Shown piece after piece: positions 12,400-27,199 of a stretch of 64,000 bases of DNA. Where the stretch lies: NCBI RefSeq assembly GCF_009914755.1, contig NC_060925.1. One strand, 5' to 3'. Position 1 is the first letter of the stretch. Each line of letters begins with the position of its first letter. Source of the stretch: the human T2T-CHM13v2.0 reference genome, Homo sapiens. The translations under genes were made by a program, and so were the position numbers. The notes below the pieces were generated by a model that saw nothing but the letters and a program-made list of their open reading frames with translations, did no database searches and was not told where the DNA came from.

Positions 12400-12997
12400 C
12401 TAAAAAGAGAACTACCGTTTGATCCAATAATCACACTACTGGGTATCTACCCAGAGGAAAAGAAGTCATTATATGAAAAAGATACTTGCACATGCCTGTT
12501 TATAGCAGTACAGTTCACAAAATCCAAAAATGTGGAACCAGCCCAGGTGTTCATCAATTAATGAGTGGATAAACTGTGTTGTGTGTGCCACACACACTCA
12601 CACACACACAATGGAATACTACTCAGTTATAAATAGGAATGAATTAATGACATTCTCAACAAACTGGATGGGATTGGAGACCATTATTCTAAGTGAAGTA
12701 ACTCAGGAATGGAAAACCATACATTGTATGTTCTCACTAATACATGGGAGCTAAGCTATGAGGATGCAAAGGCATAAGAATGATACAATAGACTTTGGGG
12801 ACTCGGGGGAAAAGGTGGGAGTGGGGTGAGGGATAAAAGACTACAAATCAGGTTCAATGTATACTGCTCGGGTGATGGGTGCACCAAAATCTCACAAATC
12901 ACCACTAAAGAACTTAGTCATGTAAATGAATACCACCTGTTCCTCAAAAACCCATGGAAATAAAAATTAAAAAAGAAATAAAAAATAAAAGTAAAAA
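12400..12997 (+). mobile_element. 5'-truncated L1PB (L1PB1-like) with 15-bp TSD
   Basis: ORF2 C-terminus (ELPFDP..LLGIYPEEKKS); 3'UTR gggagctaagctatgaggatgcaaaggcataagaatgatacaa; TSD aaaaaagaagaatca at 12385-12399 and 12998-13012 after a TT/AAAA site. Confidence 0.92.
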
Positions 12998-13859
12998 AAA
13001 AAAGAAGAATCAAAGTCTCAGAATAGAATCTTGGGGAAATGTCAATGCCAGGGAAACTTTAATAGGTTTCTCCAGGCTCTGCAACTTCAATGCCTCTTAT
13101 ATTTTCCCACATTCTTCCTGGCATAGATTCTGGGGAAAGAAAGGCCTAGGGTCTGGAAGATTTGAGCCACAAACACTGATGGGGTTTGGGAGAGGAAATA
13201 ACACATTAGGAGTGACAAGGTGGGACTAATGAAGATGAATAGTAAGTGTTTAGTTGAACTTCAGACCTAGGGATTTTTGGAGGTTCTTCTTAGAATTTTC
13301 TTAAGCCTAAAAATTTCTAGTTTCATCTTTGGTAAGGAAAATAAACATGCTTCCTTCAGTATAAAGAATTCTTGTTCACGGAACACATACCTGGCTTTTT
13401 ATTCAATTGGCTATATGGAATAAGATGAAAGGAGAGTCCAGCACTGGCTTTATCTGGTAAAATTAAGATAAAGCATCAAATGTCCATTGAAGTACAAATT
13501 TCTGAATCATGTTCCTTGCAAATACATTATGTTTTGGAAGCCTTTCACACACCAACTGGACTAAGAACAACTCAAGCTTGATCCTGTGTCTGTTTTTTTA
13601 TTTTTTTATTTTTAGCACTTAACACTATCAACACCTTTGTCCTCACAACTCAATTTTCTGTTTATTTTTATAGGTTTAGAGCAGAAACTTAGGAACTTTG
13701 TTGTTATAGTGCTAAAAAATAGATGATACTGTAATCAGGACAGGGAAGACGTAGGGCAGACATAGAGCTCTCTGTTACTAATAGATTTGTGTCTGGAATG
13801 TTTACTTGGTGGCCAAATATTGTGTTTCAACCCTGGCAAGTCATCTTTATATTGTTAAT

Positions 13860-14224
13860 TGCATTAGTTTTCTATTTCTGCATAACAAATTACCCACAAG
13901 CCTAGATTTAAAAATAAGCAGTTATCTCCTGTAGGAGGGCTTAGTTCCTCATGATGTAAACTTCGTTATAAGGTTGTTTGAGTGTCCTCATGACATGGTG
14001 GCTAGCTTCCTCCAGATCGAGTGATTTAAGAAAATGAGATGGAAGCCTTGATGTCTTTTATGACCTACCTTGGAGGTCAAACACTATCATTTCTGCAACA
14101 TCCCATTGGTTATACAAGTCTGTTCTATGCAATGTGGGAGAGTACACAGGGCATGAATAGGAGACAAAAGAGGCATACCAGGAGGCAGAGATTGTTGGGG
14201 ACCATTGTGGAGGCTGGCTGCCAT
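13860..14224 (-). mobile_element. MLT1F/G-like MaLR LTR, internally deleted
   Basis: tgcattagttttctatttctgcataacaaattaccc...tgagtgtcctcatgacatggtggctagcttcc...ggaggctggctgcca. Confidence 0.7.
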
Positions 14225-15821
14225 TGTAATGAAAACTATTTTCCCAAATAAGTATTCTCCTGGACAACTGAGATCATGAATTCCGTTACAGCTATCTTAT
14301 CACCAACATCACCAAGTATGCTGCTTTAGGGGTATTCCAAAGAGCTGCGAAATCACTCCGGAGACACAGGTAGGTCTAGAAATAAAGATACTGTCAATAA
14401 CATCACTTCAGTTATGAAGAACACAGTGCCTATGAATTGTTACTTCTGTTTTAAACACATCCAGTGGCCTCTAAGTTGAGGGCTTTAGGTCTCGTTGTGA
14501 ATCAGCTTTAATGGATAGTAGTGCCAGGTAAAGTTGGGTTCAGCAAAATAGTTAATAAATATGTTTTCAGTAGATTGAACTTGGATAGGTACCAGTTGCT
14601 TTTAGTCAAGAATTTCTCCCCGGGAGGATTATGCCCTTGTTTCATGGAAAACAATTGCTCCATCTCCTCCTATTCCATACAACCTATAAAAGGCTACTCT
14701 ATGAAAAGCATTCATGTACAAAGAGTTTCGTGATCCCTTAAAATGTCTTCCCTGTTTCCCTTCTTTTCCTTTTGGGCATCGCCAAATGCCATTCCTTATT
14801 TAAATGTGATTAAATTCTAGGATAACTTGTGCCAAATTGTAAACTTGGAATTAATATAGGTTGGGAACTTCATAAGATGCCTTTTACATGTCCCATTGGA
14901 GATTAATAAGGATGTGAAGCACCTAAGGGAAAGTCAAAATAGGATGCGATATAGGTCAGGTTAGACCTTGGTCCATAATCTGTCTCCTGCACCTCTGTTT
15001 GGCTGCCTGAAGGGAGTTACTCCATGTTGTGTACATGAGAATCACTGCCAGGAACCAGGGACAGGTATGGAGATCTTTCAAACTGAGTTAATTTCATCTT
15101 TCTGGATTCAGAGGAAGAAGCTGGCCTGAATGTGTGGGGAGAGAAGTTGTTTTCTGGGGATCACTGCTAGCTTTTATGATACTGGGTATTAAGGAATACG
15201 CTTTTGAAATTTAGACAGGAATAGTGGCTATGATCTTATTTTAACTTTCGGTTCTGTCAAATAATTTAAGTGATAGTTTTATTTTAGAGCAGTTTGATTT
15301 TACCACCTGAGGAATAAATCAAGAAAAAGGGAAAATTTTAAATGGGCTATGTAGGGGGATAGCAGGCTTAACTAAATCATTAGCACTCTAGTGACTGCTT
15401 GTATTGATTCTGGAAAGTAAAGATGCAACTAAATTCACGTTAACTTCAAATTATTACCCAGAAATTTATACCTGTTTTTATATCTTCATTGACAAAATAA
15501 TGCAAATGTGCCACTTAAATTCTAATGGGGACCTGACTCCTTTTTCAAGGAAATTACTGCTTATTTTGTGGGTAAAGTTTGTGTGCAATTCACAGAATAC
15601 ATTGCCTTAGTAATTATTAGAGCATACGGATAAAGTAGAAAAGTGGGAACCATGAGTGGTCCCATCTGGACCTGTGGGCCATTTAATCAAGGTCACATGT
15701 TATGTGATGACTAAATCTGGAAGTACAATTAGTAAATAGCCTTGATGCCCAGTTTTCTCCATACCATTAGACTGGCCATTCATTTATTCATTTTTAAGAT
15801 AGGCAAAATATTAATATCCCT

Positions 15822-16275
15822 GATGTCTATTTGAGTAAACTAAGTAATGCTGCAGTAACAAGCAATTCTCAAATCTTATTGGTTTAAAAAGACCTAGGTT
15901 TGCCTTTTGCTTAGCCACATGTCATTCACAGGTCTGCATGGGTTCAGATCAATGTCACTTTACTCCATGATACAGGCTGATGGAACAAACTCTGTTTAAG
16001 ATATTGCCTGTCTTAGGACAGAAGGAAAGGAAAGCTGTGGGAATCCATGAGCTTGCTTTTAAAGATTTTGCTTGGAAGTGTGTTACTTGAGCCCATATTT
16101 CATTGGCCAAAGCAGGTCACTTGGCCAATCCTGGTTTCAAAATGCAGGGATGTACAATCCTCACTTATAGAGGGGCCCTGCAAAGCACCCAGGCAAGCCC
16201 ACTATCACTAGGGTGGGGAAAGATAATTCTCTAGGGAAGGCGGCAAATATATTAAACACTAATACAATCCACCAG
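15822..16275 (-). mobile_element. MLT1K/L-like MaLR LTR
   Basis: aatgctgcagtaacaagcaattctcaaatct...catatttcattggccaaagcaggtcacttggcc. Confidence 0.6.
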
Positions 16276-17587
16276 ACTCACTCAAGGAGTTATTTGTAAT
16301 GAGACTAGCGTAAGATGTAAATGTGATAGTGCTTGTAAATTGGTGAGAAAAAATTGTAGAGCCGTGTATTTATGTCATTATTGTTATTAGTAGTAATAGA
16401 CTGATAGTAATATATAAGGAACCATATGAGTTAAATATTTGTTGAATGAGAATGCATAAGACAGTAGCTTTAAAGAGACTGTCGTCTAGAAGGGGAGATA
16501 ATATATATGCAAAAATACAAAAAAGTGTTAAATACAATTATAAAACTTTATGATAATTCCACAGAAGAAATAATTTCTTTTAATTGGAGAATTTTGGAAT
16601 CATTCAGGTTAGTTGGGTACATTGAACATTTCCCCAGCAATGCTCAATGGCTAAAAACCAACTGTAGGCTTGTCCAAGTGACTAATGATTTCATGTATTT
16701 CTGCACTTTTGAACCTAGGACATTTCCCAGGATTGGACGAGGCCAGTAAGGTAAAAGAGTAGAGGCCTGAAGATTCCAGAGAGCTAGTAACAACTTCACT
16801 GAAGTGGTTGAGATCCACAGTGTGTCAGGAGGTGTTTCTAGAGAGGTACAGTAGATGGGAAATGAGAGGACATGAATTCAGTAAGCTCCTTAACCTCCTG
16901 CCTCATTTATCAAATGGGTCTGATGAAAGTGATATATATGAAAGCACCTGGCATAATATTGGTCAGATTGTGGTGCTTGATGATGGAATGGTGCATAAAT
17001 AAATAAACACGGGCTCTCAATCAATGTTGGATGAATGTGAATCTGAAAAGGGGCTTTATTGAGTGGAATAATCAAGAAGGACCAAAGGAAAAAATACCAT
17101 TGTAAATGAGACCAGGGTCATAGAATTGAGCTAGTGGAAGGGATCAATAGAAGGTCATGGTCATTGCAGACTTTTTCTCTTACATATTAGGACCTCTCTT
17201 AACCTAGCTCCTCCTGTTTCACTGATGCTTTTTATTTCCTCCATAAATCTTACTGCATATAAATCCAACGTGTGCGTATACTGCACACTCATGATTAGGA
17301 GACTAGTCTCTAGCAAGCTGTGACACATTTGCTTTCCTCTTTTAAATTTGTCTGCTTACAGAAAGCATGGCATTTCCCCCCAAATCTTTTTACACCAGTT
17401 GCACCTGAAATGATGTAATTTAAATAATACATAAACAGATAACATATAAATGCAAAAAGAAGAGAACATTGTTGCCATGAAAATTTGAGTTGAATGATGT
17501 GTAGAGATGCAATGAAATTTAATTGCTAAAAATATTGCTCTCCAAGTAGACATAGGCGAGAAACATTGAGGATTGAAAAATAATGTT

Positions 17588-18112
<525 letters not shown>

Positions 18113-20530
18113 TGCAATGACTTCCCTCACAAACTATCCAGGGTTAGGGAAACTTCACAGGTTAAGGGCATGGTGCTCTATAAAAGTCCTCTCACTTTAA
18201 ACACCAGCCACAGGCTTGGTGTCCTCAGGGCCCCTTGACTTCTGATGAGCTGCCTAGAAATTGGGGGTTTCTACTATCCAATCAGCCTCAACTATTTGCT
18301 AGAATAATTCACAGAACTTAGGAAGGTGCTGTGCCAATATAACTTGGAGATATTTCAGGTTTAGTTCTAGCCCACTGCAATAAAGTGAGTCACACACACT
18401 TTTTGGTTTCCCATTGCATATAAAAATTATGTTTACACTATATCATAGTCTATTAAGTATATAATAGCATTATGTTTAAACATGTACATACCTTAATTTA
18501 AAAAATATTTTATTATTAAAACATGCTAAAAATCATCTGAGCCTTTAGTGAGTTATAATCTTTTTCCTGGTGGTGGGTTTTGCCTTGATGTTGATGGCTG
18601 CTGACTGATCAGGGTGGTGGTTGCTGAAGGTTGAAGTGACTGTGGCAATTTCTTAAAATAAGACAACAATGAAGTTTATTGCATCAATGGACTCTTCCTC
18701 TCACAAAAGATTTTTCTGTAGCACGTGATGCTATTTGATAGCATTTCACCTAGAGCAGAAATTCTTTCAGAACTGTATATTCTAAATCATTTGTTGTCAT
18801 TTCAACAATGTTTATAGTATTTTTGCCAGGAGTCGATTCTCAAGAAACTACTTTCTCTGCTCATCCATAAAAAGCAACTCCTCACCCATCCATGTTTTAT
18901 CACGAGACTGTAGCAATTCAGTCACATCTTTAGGCTCCCCTTCTAATTCTGGTTCTCTTGCTATTTCTACCACATCTGCAGTCATCCAGGCTTTGTTGTC
19001 CCAAAGTAGAGTGGATTTAGCATAATTCTTAAAAGTCCCAGAATGATAAATGAACATTGGCTTCAATGTAAAGTCAGTAGCTTCCTTAGCCCTTAATAAG
19101 AGAGTCAGCTTGTCCTTTGAAGCTTTGTAGATGGGTATTGACTTCCCCTCTCTAGCTATGAAAGTGCTAGATGGCATCTTCTTCCAATAGAAGGCTTTTT
19201 TGTCTATGTAAAAATCTATTGTTTAGTGTAGCCACCTTTATCAGTGATCTTAACTAGATCTTCTGGATAATTTACTGCATTTCTACATCAGCACTTGCAG
19301 CTTCACCTTTCACGTTTATGTTAAGGAGATGACTTCTTTCCTTAAATAGCATGAACCAACCTCTGCTAGCTTCCAGCTTTTCTTTTGCAGCTTCCTCACA
19401 GAGGAAGCCTTCACAGAATTGAGGAAAGTTAGGGCCTTATTGTGGATCGGGATTTGGCTTATGGGAATGTTGTGGCTGGTTTGATCTTCTATTCAGATCA
19501 CTCAAACTTTCTCCCTATCCGCAATAAGGCTGTTTTGCTTTCTTATCATTCGTAAGTTCACTGGAGTAGCACTTTCATTTTCTTTCAAGAACTTCTCCTT
19601 TGCATTCACAACTTGGCTATTTAGTGAAAGAGGCCTTGCTTTCAGCCTGTTTTGGCTTTCAACTTGCCTGCTCGCTAAGCTTAATCATTTCTAGCTTTTG
19701 ATTTAAAGTGAGAGACAGACGATTTTTCTTTCATTTGAACACTTATAGAACATTGTGCAATGGATTATTAATTGGCCTAATTTTAGTATTGTCATGTCTC
19801 AGGGAATAGTGAGGCCCAAAAAATGGAAGAGAGATGAGGAAATGGCTGGTGGTTGGAGCAGTCAGAACACACACAACATTTATCAGTTAAGTTTGCTTTC
19901 TTATACTGGCATGGTTTGTGGTGCCCCCAAACAATTACAATAATATCAAAGGTTACTGAGCACACACCACCATAACTGATATAATAATGATGAAAAAGTT
20001 TGAAATATTGCAAAAACTACCAAAATGTGACACAGAAAAATGATGTGAGTACATGCTGTTGGAAAAATGACACCTATGGATTTATTTAGTGCAGGGTTGC
20101 CACAAACCTCCAATTTTTAAAAACAGAATATCTGTGTAGCAAAATAAAGCAACTCACAATAAAACGGTGTATGCCTGTACTTATAGCTACAATTTTATTA
20201 TAGCAAAAGGATACAAATCAGAACCAACCAAAAGGAGAGATGCATAGGATGAGGTCTGGGAGGAGCTGAAGTGTAAGTCTCCTAGTCATCCTCTCTCAGT
20301 GGAGACCTGGACATCACTACTTCTGTCCAGTACATCAATGTGTGACAAATTCAAAAGTATCACCAACCAGGGAAGCTCACTGAAGCTGCTTTGTTGTCAG
20401 AGTTTTAATTGGGCTTTCATTACATAGGGATGATTGATTGGATCATTGGCTCCAGCCTCCTTCCCCTGTCTGATATCAGATGGCTCAAAGCCCCAGCTCT
20501 CTAACCACATATAGTTTGTCTTTGTGACAT
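18113..20530 (-). mobile_element. MER21-type LTR split by Tigger1 (parts ~18113-18333 and 20178-20530)
   Basis: The two halves join as ...cagaacttaggaaggtgctg|tacttatagctacaattttattatagcaaaaggatacaaatcag..., colinear with recalled MER21. Confidence 0.7.
18334..20177 (-). mobile_element. Tigger1 DNA transposon (pogo/TcMar), internally deleted
   Basis: Right end ...aataaaacggtgtatgcctg|ta is the reverse complement of the CAGGCATAC TIR plus TA; degenerate TIR at the left end; ORF 18848-19177 ([24 protein letters not shown]) is a Tigger transposase remnant. Confidence 0.92.
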
Positions 20531-20627
20531 GCACCAAAATCTTTCTTGGATAAATACATTTCTTTCCTATCTTATCTCCCTGTTCCCATCTTGCCATCTT
20601 TCTATCGTGATTTTAAAATTTTTATTC

Positions 20628-20938
20628 TTTTTTTTTTTTTTTTTGAGACAGGATCTTGCATTGTCACCCAGGCTGGAGTGCAGTGGCTGGCACAATCACA
20701 GCTCACTACACCCTTTACCTCCCGTGCTCAAGCAATTCTCCTACTGAGGTACAGCCTCCTGAGTAGCTGGGACTACAGGCATGTGCCACCAAGCCTGGCC
20801 AATCTTTTTTTTTTTTTTTCCTAGAGACAGATCTCCCTATATTGTGCAGGCTGGTCTCAAACTCCTGGGCTCTAGTGACCCTCCCTCCTTGGCCTCCCAA
20901 AGTGTTGGGATTACAGACATGAGCTGCTGCGCCTAACC
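20628..20938 (-). mobile_element. AluJ
   Basis: Reverse Alu with J-type features (ctcctgggctc, cacagctcact). Confidence 0.9.
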
Positions 20939-20951
20939 AAAACTTTTATTC

Positions 20952-21273
<322 letters not shown>

Positions 21274-21292
21274 TAAAAAATCATGAACTTCG

Positions 21293-21645
<353 letters not shown>

Positions 21646-22744
21646 CTATGAGAAAATTAATATTCAAATTCATTTGCTGTTACTACACATACTAATATTA
21701 TTATAGTTATTCAGGTCACTAATGCCTGTAGTAATAGTAATCATGGCATCATTATAATAATGGTGAGTATTGAAAGAGATGGTGAAAATGCTGTGAGCTG
21801 GTAAAATTTGATGGCTAGTAATATTTTTATCTTGTTTTCATTGTTTTTTTTTTTAAATGGGTTGTATAATATTTTTTATTCAATGATGATTTAATATAAA
21901 TTAATAGCTAGCATTTATTGCCTGTAAGATACATGCTGGCTTCTATTCCCAAAAAGACTAAGATAGAAACCCTAGTACCTAAATCTACATCTACTCCTGC
22001 ATCTATCATCTACTTAGCTATAGAATAAGTATAAAATACTGGGGCATTAAAAACACATGCCAAAATATCTTGTGAATATCCAAGGCTAAGAAATGGCATG
22101 CAGCACTTTCCAAATGTATTTGCCTGTAGAGTCCTTTTTTATTAGAATTCCCATTAATGCCTGAAAGAACACCAAACAGGGCAACTGCCATCCCCCACCT
22201 AACAAAAACCCCCCAAAACCCCTTCCCAATAAAAATTATGTCTCAAAGCAGTCCCTAACCAAAGGCAAACACAGTATTCTTGATGTTCTAATGCAAAAAT
22301 GGTTTGGCCTGTTTTTCAAGTAGCTGTTAATACTTTGGCTATTTCATGTTCTAGTTAATTGTTTTTGAAATACTCTTGTAGAATAGAAATAGTATGACAC
22401 AATTGTAAAAAGCAAAAATGTTAGCAGCGCTTAACAAGAATCTAATGCTGAATGAGGAAGCAAGAACACAAGAATGTTGCATGGACTGTGCAAATAGATG
22501 TTCATAATATGACTATGCCATTAAGAAGATGTTAAATTATGTTTCTATTCTTTAAGAATAAATTTTTGAAATGATACCTGTAAAAAATAATTTTAAAACC
22601 CCTTGGTTTAAAATTTTTGTTTTGCTCGAAAATTTATCTGCAAAATTAATTTATACAAAGCATCTTGTTCCCTAATGGGTTAATGGATGGAAGAGGGGGC
22701 TGTGCTTTGGAAGAAGGAGGTCTATGATCAGGACCACTTAGCAA

Positions 22745-22880
22745 CTTTGTGGATCAAGTTTTTCAATTTCTCTGAACCTAGCATTTCTCAGATGTAAACT
22801 AGAGATGGCAATGTCTGCTTCACAGGATTATTGTGAAAGTAAAATGAGACCAAATACATGAACTCATCTAGCACTTGCCT
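22745..22880 (+). mobile_element. MIR fragment
   Basis: tctctgaacctagcatttctcagatgtaaactagagatg...cttcacaggattattgtgaaagtaaaatgag. Confidence 0.6.
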
Positions 22881-24104
22881 AGAAGACAAGACTATTATAA
22901 AGCTTCTTTAAAAATAATTTACTGTTGTTATTCAGTCTAGAAAGCCCTGAATAATTCAATTTTCCTAAGACTTTATCTGCTGATGATCTAGCACGTTTGG
23001 AGTTTTTTTTTTTTTTTTTTAGTGAGCTTACAGTTCACTGGGCCAAACACTGAAGGATGGTAAGATGATGAGGTGTGAGAAAGGTAACTGAATTTTGCAA
23101 TTACCGATGGCTTTCAAGAGAGCAATTTTTTAGAGTGGTGAGGGTGGAGGTCTGAAGGCAGGAATGCTTGTATCACAAGGAATTCCTTTAAGATGCTGGG
23201 TGGAAAAGGAGAGAAAATGGAGCTATGGCAGAAGGCTGAAGACTTAGAAAAGGGAATTATTTCGCCCCCCCCAGAAGATGACATCCTTAAGTTTCTTGAA
23301 GGTCAGCAAGAATTAAGAGGAAGACAGTGGAAAGGCTACAGGTTTAATCAGATCTGTTTCCAGTTCCAGTTCAGTCCCCAAATTACAGTGTGATCGTGGG
23401 CATGATCCTTAACTTCTTCAAGTCCCTGTGGAACTTATACCTCCCCCATCCTCCTTGTGACTTTAGGTTGAAGATTATTTGAAATTAAGCCTGTAAAAAC
23501 ATTTTAAAAATTACAGAGGATGTTATCGTACTAAATAAATATAAAACAATCCTTTCAGAAGATGGTCTCTCCTTGTTCAAGATGCTTATTACCTTTATGG
23601 CTGCTGCTATGGAAATTTTGTCTATTTATGAAGTATAGGTCTGGCTCTTGGAGAAGTGTTTATTGGACTGAATTGAAGAGTGACAGCACTAACATGGCAA
23701 ATGCACTTGGAGATTGCAAGGCAAATCACTCCTCCCCATTTATAAGCTAAGAGCTCTTCCCCAGGTCTCTGGATATTCTACCTCACATCTTTTTTTTTTT
23801 TTTTCAAACTTGCCAACTGCTGTGCAGTCTGTCAGTTCTGTGTTCTTCATCTCACACAGTTTAATAATATCTCTCAGCAGTTTTCTGACTGAAAAATTGC
23901 CTGCTCTTTGTTTTCATCAAGGTAAAACGGTACCCACATAAGGCCATTTACACAGGGAGGAAAAACGCCTGGAAACCCAATGTCAAACATGGCTTTTTCA
24001 ATGCATGTTATGTTTTGAACACTATGGTATCAACAGTCAAAAGTTAAATATTTTTTAAAAAATTTTAACCTGAGGGACTAAAAAAAAATTTCTAGAGTCT
24101 GAGT

Positions 24105-24416
24105 TTTATTTTACTTAATTAATTAATTAATTAATGTCATGAAGTCTTGCTCTGTTATCCAGGCAGGAGTGCAGCGGTGCAATCTCAGCCCACTGCAACA
24201 TCCGCCTCCTGGGTTTGGTGATTCTTCCACCTCAGCCTCCTGAATAGCTGGGACTATAGGCGTGTGCCACCACGCCTGGCTAATTTTTGTATTTTTAGTA
24301 GAGACGGGGATTCACCATGTTGGCCAGGCTGGTCTGGAATTCCTAACCTCAAGTGATCCGCCTGTCTTGGCCTCATAAAGTGCTGGGATTACAGGTGTGA
24401 GCCACCATGCCCAGCC
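24105..24416 (-). mobile_element. AluS (Sz/Sx-like) with (TTAA)n tail
   Basis: Full reverse Alu; TSD gagtctgagtt on both sides. Confidence 0.92.
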
Positions 24417-24754
24417 TGGAGTCTGAGTTGTAACTATAACTCCTTAAATTCTGATTTAGTTTATTTTTTAGCTTTTGAATTTATTTTTGGCACAGTTTGT
24501 ATTACACAGGGCCAAAGGGGAAAAACAAAAGACATTTTTCAAGAACTGTAAACACTGAGCAAGAATTGTAAGCACCTTAGAAGGAAAAATTCCATACAGA
24601 TTATAATAGTTTGTTCCCTGATTTAGAGATTCATTCCTCAAACAAGCATAATGCTAGACCTGAGAAGATAAACATGAACAAGGCAGCACGTATGTTATTC
24701 CCAACAAATTTTGACATATAAGAATGTAATTGCAATTCAAGATGATGGATGCAG

Positions 24755-25082
24755 AAATAGATCCGAACATATATGAAAAACTGGTTTTTGACAAAGGTGC
24801 AAAGGCAATTCAGTAAAGATAGTCTTTTTCAATAAATGGTGCTGGAACAATTGAATATCTATTTGGAAAAATGAATATTTTTTTTAAAACTCAGATCCCT
24901 ATCTTATGCCATATTAAAAATATTAACTCAAATGCATCACAAACCTAAACATAAAACCTAAGCCTATAAAATTTATAGAAGATATAAAGAGAAAGCCTCT
25001 GCGATTTTGGCTTAGGCAAAGCTTTCTTACATACATAAAAGGCACAGTCCCTAAAAGAACAAACTGATAAATTTGATTCCAT
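24755..25082 (+). mobile_element. Old L1M ORF2 fragment
   Basis: tttttgacaaaggtgcaaaggcaattca...aataaatggtgctggaacaattg...attaactcaaa. Confidence 0.85.
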
Positions 25083-25084
25083 AT

Positions 25085-25360
25085 TCAGAGTATCATTATA
25101 TGGTATGTGTAGGCTTAATATTTTAAGAAACTGCCATATTGTTTTTCAAAGTGGTTGTACCATTTTACATTCCCGTAGCAGTATATGAGAGTTTAGTTCC
25201 TTCATGTTATTGCCAACAATTTTTATGCTTAGTCTTTTCAAATTTTAGCCATTCTAATTGATGTGTAGTGGTATATTACTGTGGTTCCATTTTGCATTTC
25301 CGTAATAACTAATGATATTCAGCATCTTTTTATGAACAAATTTTCATCTATATAAATTCT
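25085..25360 (-). mobile_element. Old L1M ORF2-end fragment (inverted relative to its neighbour)
   Basis: aagaaactgccatattgtttttcaaagtggttgtaccattttacattccc...gccattctaat...tttgcatttcc. Confidence 0.8.
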
Positions 25361-25363
25361 TTA

Positions 25364-25437
25364 ACATCTCATGTACCCTATGAATATATACACCTCCTAT
25401 GTGCTCACAAAAATTAAAAATAAAATCAAAATAAAAT
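25364..25437 (+). mobile_element. Very short L1MA 3' terminus
   Basis: catctcatgtaccctatgaatatatacacctcctatgtgctcacaaaaattaaaaataaa. Confidence 0.7.
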
Positions 25438-25644
25438 CTAGTGGTGGCATAAGGGAGTGTCAGGGGAATCTTGTAAGGGGGAGAGGCAGCCAGTGGTCAG
25501 TTGAGAGGATTAAATGGCAGCACCTCACATACTGCTTTCCAGATTGGAGGCTTTAACAAGTTGATAGAAACTGCTACCAATATAAAGTGCAGGGCTCAGA
25601 GGGTCAGTATGATAGGATATTTTGTTTTCTTGTTAGGCTTTAGT

Positions 25645-26161
25645 ATTTATTTTTTTTTTTTACAGCTTGCCTGGGATAAAATTGACCTACAACAAATTAC
25701 ACATACCTAGGTACATTTGACACATGTATGCACCTATGAAATCATCACTACAATCAAGATATTGAACATATCTACCACCCTAAACATTTTCTTGTGTACC
25801 CTTTCCCTTTTCTCTTTTCCTTTTCTTTCTTTATCCTTCCTTCCCTCCCTTCCCTCTGTCCCTCCCTCCCTCCCTCCTTTCCTCCCTCCCTCCTTCTCTC
25901 TCTCCCTCCTCATTCGGGTAAATAGCAAGGAGTGCAGTTGCTGAATTTGATGTATGGGTATGTTTAGTTTTGTAAGAAACATCTAAACTGTCTTCCAAAG
26001 TGGCTATAAGATTTTGCATTCCCACAAGAAATAAATAAGAGTTCCTATTGCTCCACATTGTGCCAGCATTTGCTGTTGTCAGTGTTTTGGATTTTCACCA
26101 TTATGATAGGTGGGTAGTGGTATCTCATTGTTGTTTTAATTTACAATTCCCTGATCACTTA
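25645..26161 (-). mobile_element. Old L1M (MB/MC-like) 3' part; host of the HERV-L; continues at 34983
   Basis: 3'UTR and ORF2-end motifs; reads through as ...ttccctgatcactta|tgatgttgag... across the provirus; (CCCT)n tract at 25835-25900. Confidence 0.8.
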
Positions 26162-26710
26162 TGTATTAGTCATGGTTCTCTAGAGGGACAGAACTAATAG
26201 GATAGAGGTATATATGAAAGGGAGTTTATTAGGGAGTGTTGTTTCACATGATCACAAGGTGAAGTCCCACAATAGGCTCTCTGCAAGCTGAGGAGCAAGG
26301 AAGCCAGCCCCAGTTCCAAAACCTCAAAAGTAGGGAGGCTGACAGAACAGACTTCAGTCTGTGGCCAAAGGCCCAAGAGCCCCTGGAAAACAACTGGTGT
26401 AAGTCCAAGAGTCCAAGAGCTGAAGAACTTGGAGTCTGATGTTTGAGGGCAGGAAGCATCCAGCACAGGAGAAAGATGAAGGCCAGAAGACTCAGCAAGT
26501 CCGCTCTTTCCAGCTTCTTCTGCTTGCTTTTTGTTAGCTATGCTGACAGGTGATTAGATGGTGCCCACCCAGATTAAGGTTTGGTCTGCCTCTCCCAGTC
26601 CACTGACTCAAATATTAATCTCCTTTGTCAACACCCTCACTGACACACCCAAGAACAATACTTTGCATCCTTCATTCTAATGAAGTTGACACTCAATATT
26701 AACCATCACA
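26162..26710 (-). mobile_element. HERV-L 3' LTR (MLT2A2-type, 549 bp)
   Basis: tgtattagtca...aaccatcaca; adjacent PPT at 26711-26722 (minus strand aaggggtgggct). Confidence 0.92.
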
Positions 26711-27199
26711 AGCCCACCCCTTGTGAACTTGAACCCATAGACATCCCATAAAATCATACATAATCTTCAAATAAAGACAATAAGGTCATAATTATGCCGA
26801 ACATAATACTACGATCTTTTGTACAACCAGAAATGCAATAAACCTAAATGCTCTTACATAAAGGTAACAACACTTAAATGCTGAAATGAAGTCAATAAAT
26901 CTTATGTCACACGATAAAGGAAAAAGAAATACAATGAAGACATTTTCTTAATACAAGTGTATACATGCACAAACATGTTTTTAACAAAATAAGGAGGAAA
27001 ACTCATGACAATTACAGTCCTCATTTCTGCAACTTGTCACATTGTGGTAGCTGGTACAGATGACTACCTTTTTTGACTACCCATTCTGTATTCCCCTTGC
27101 CTCCAGCAAACACCTCAGCAGGTTGTGGTTTTTTACCTGGTGGAGTGACCCAAATGTTCATTCCTGAAGGGCCTGGACCATTTGTAGTTATGCCTGGAT

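Noticed and set aside
18848-19177. TIGD-like host gene
   Set aside because: Internally deleted fragment inside a TIR-bounded Tigger1 copy.
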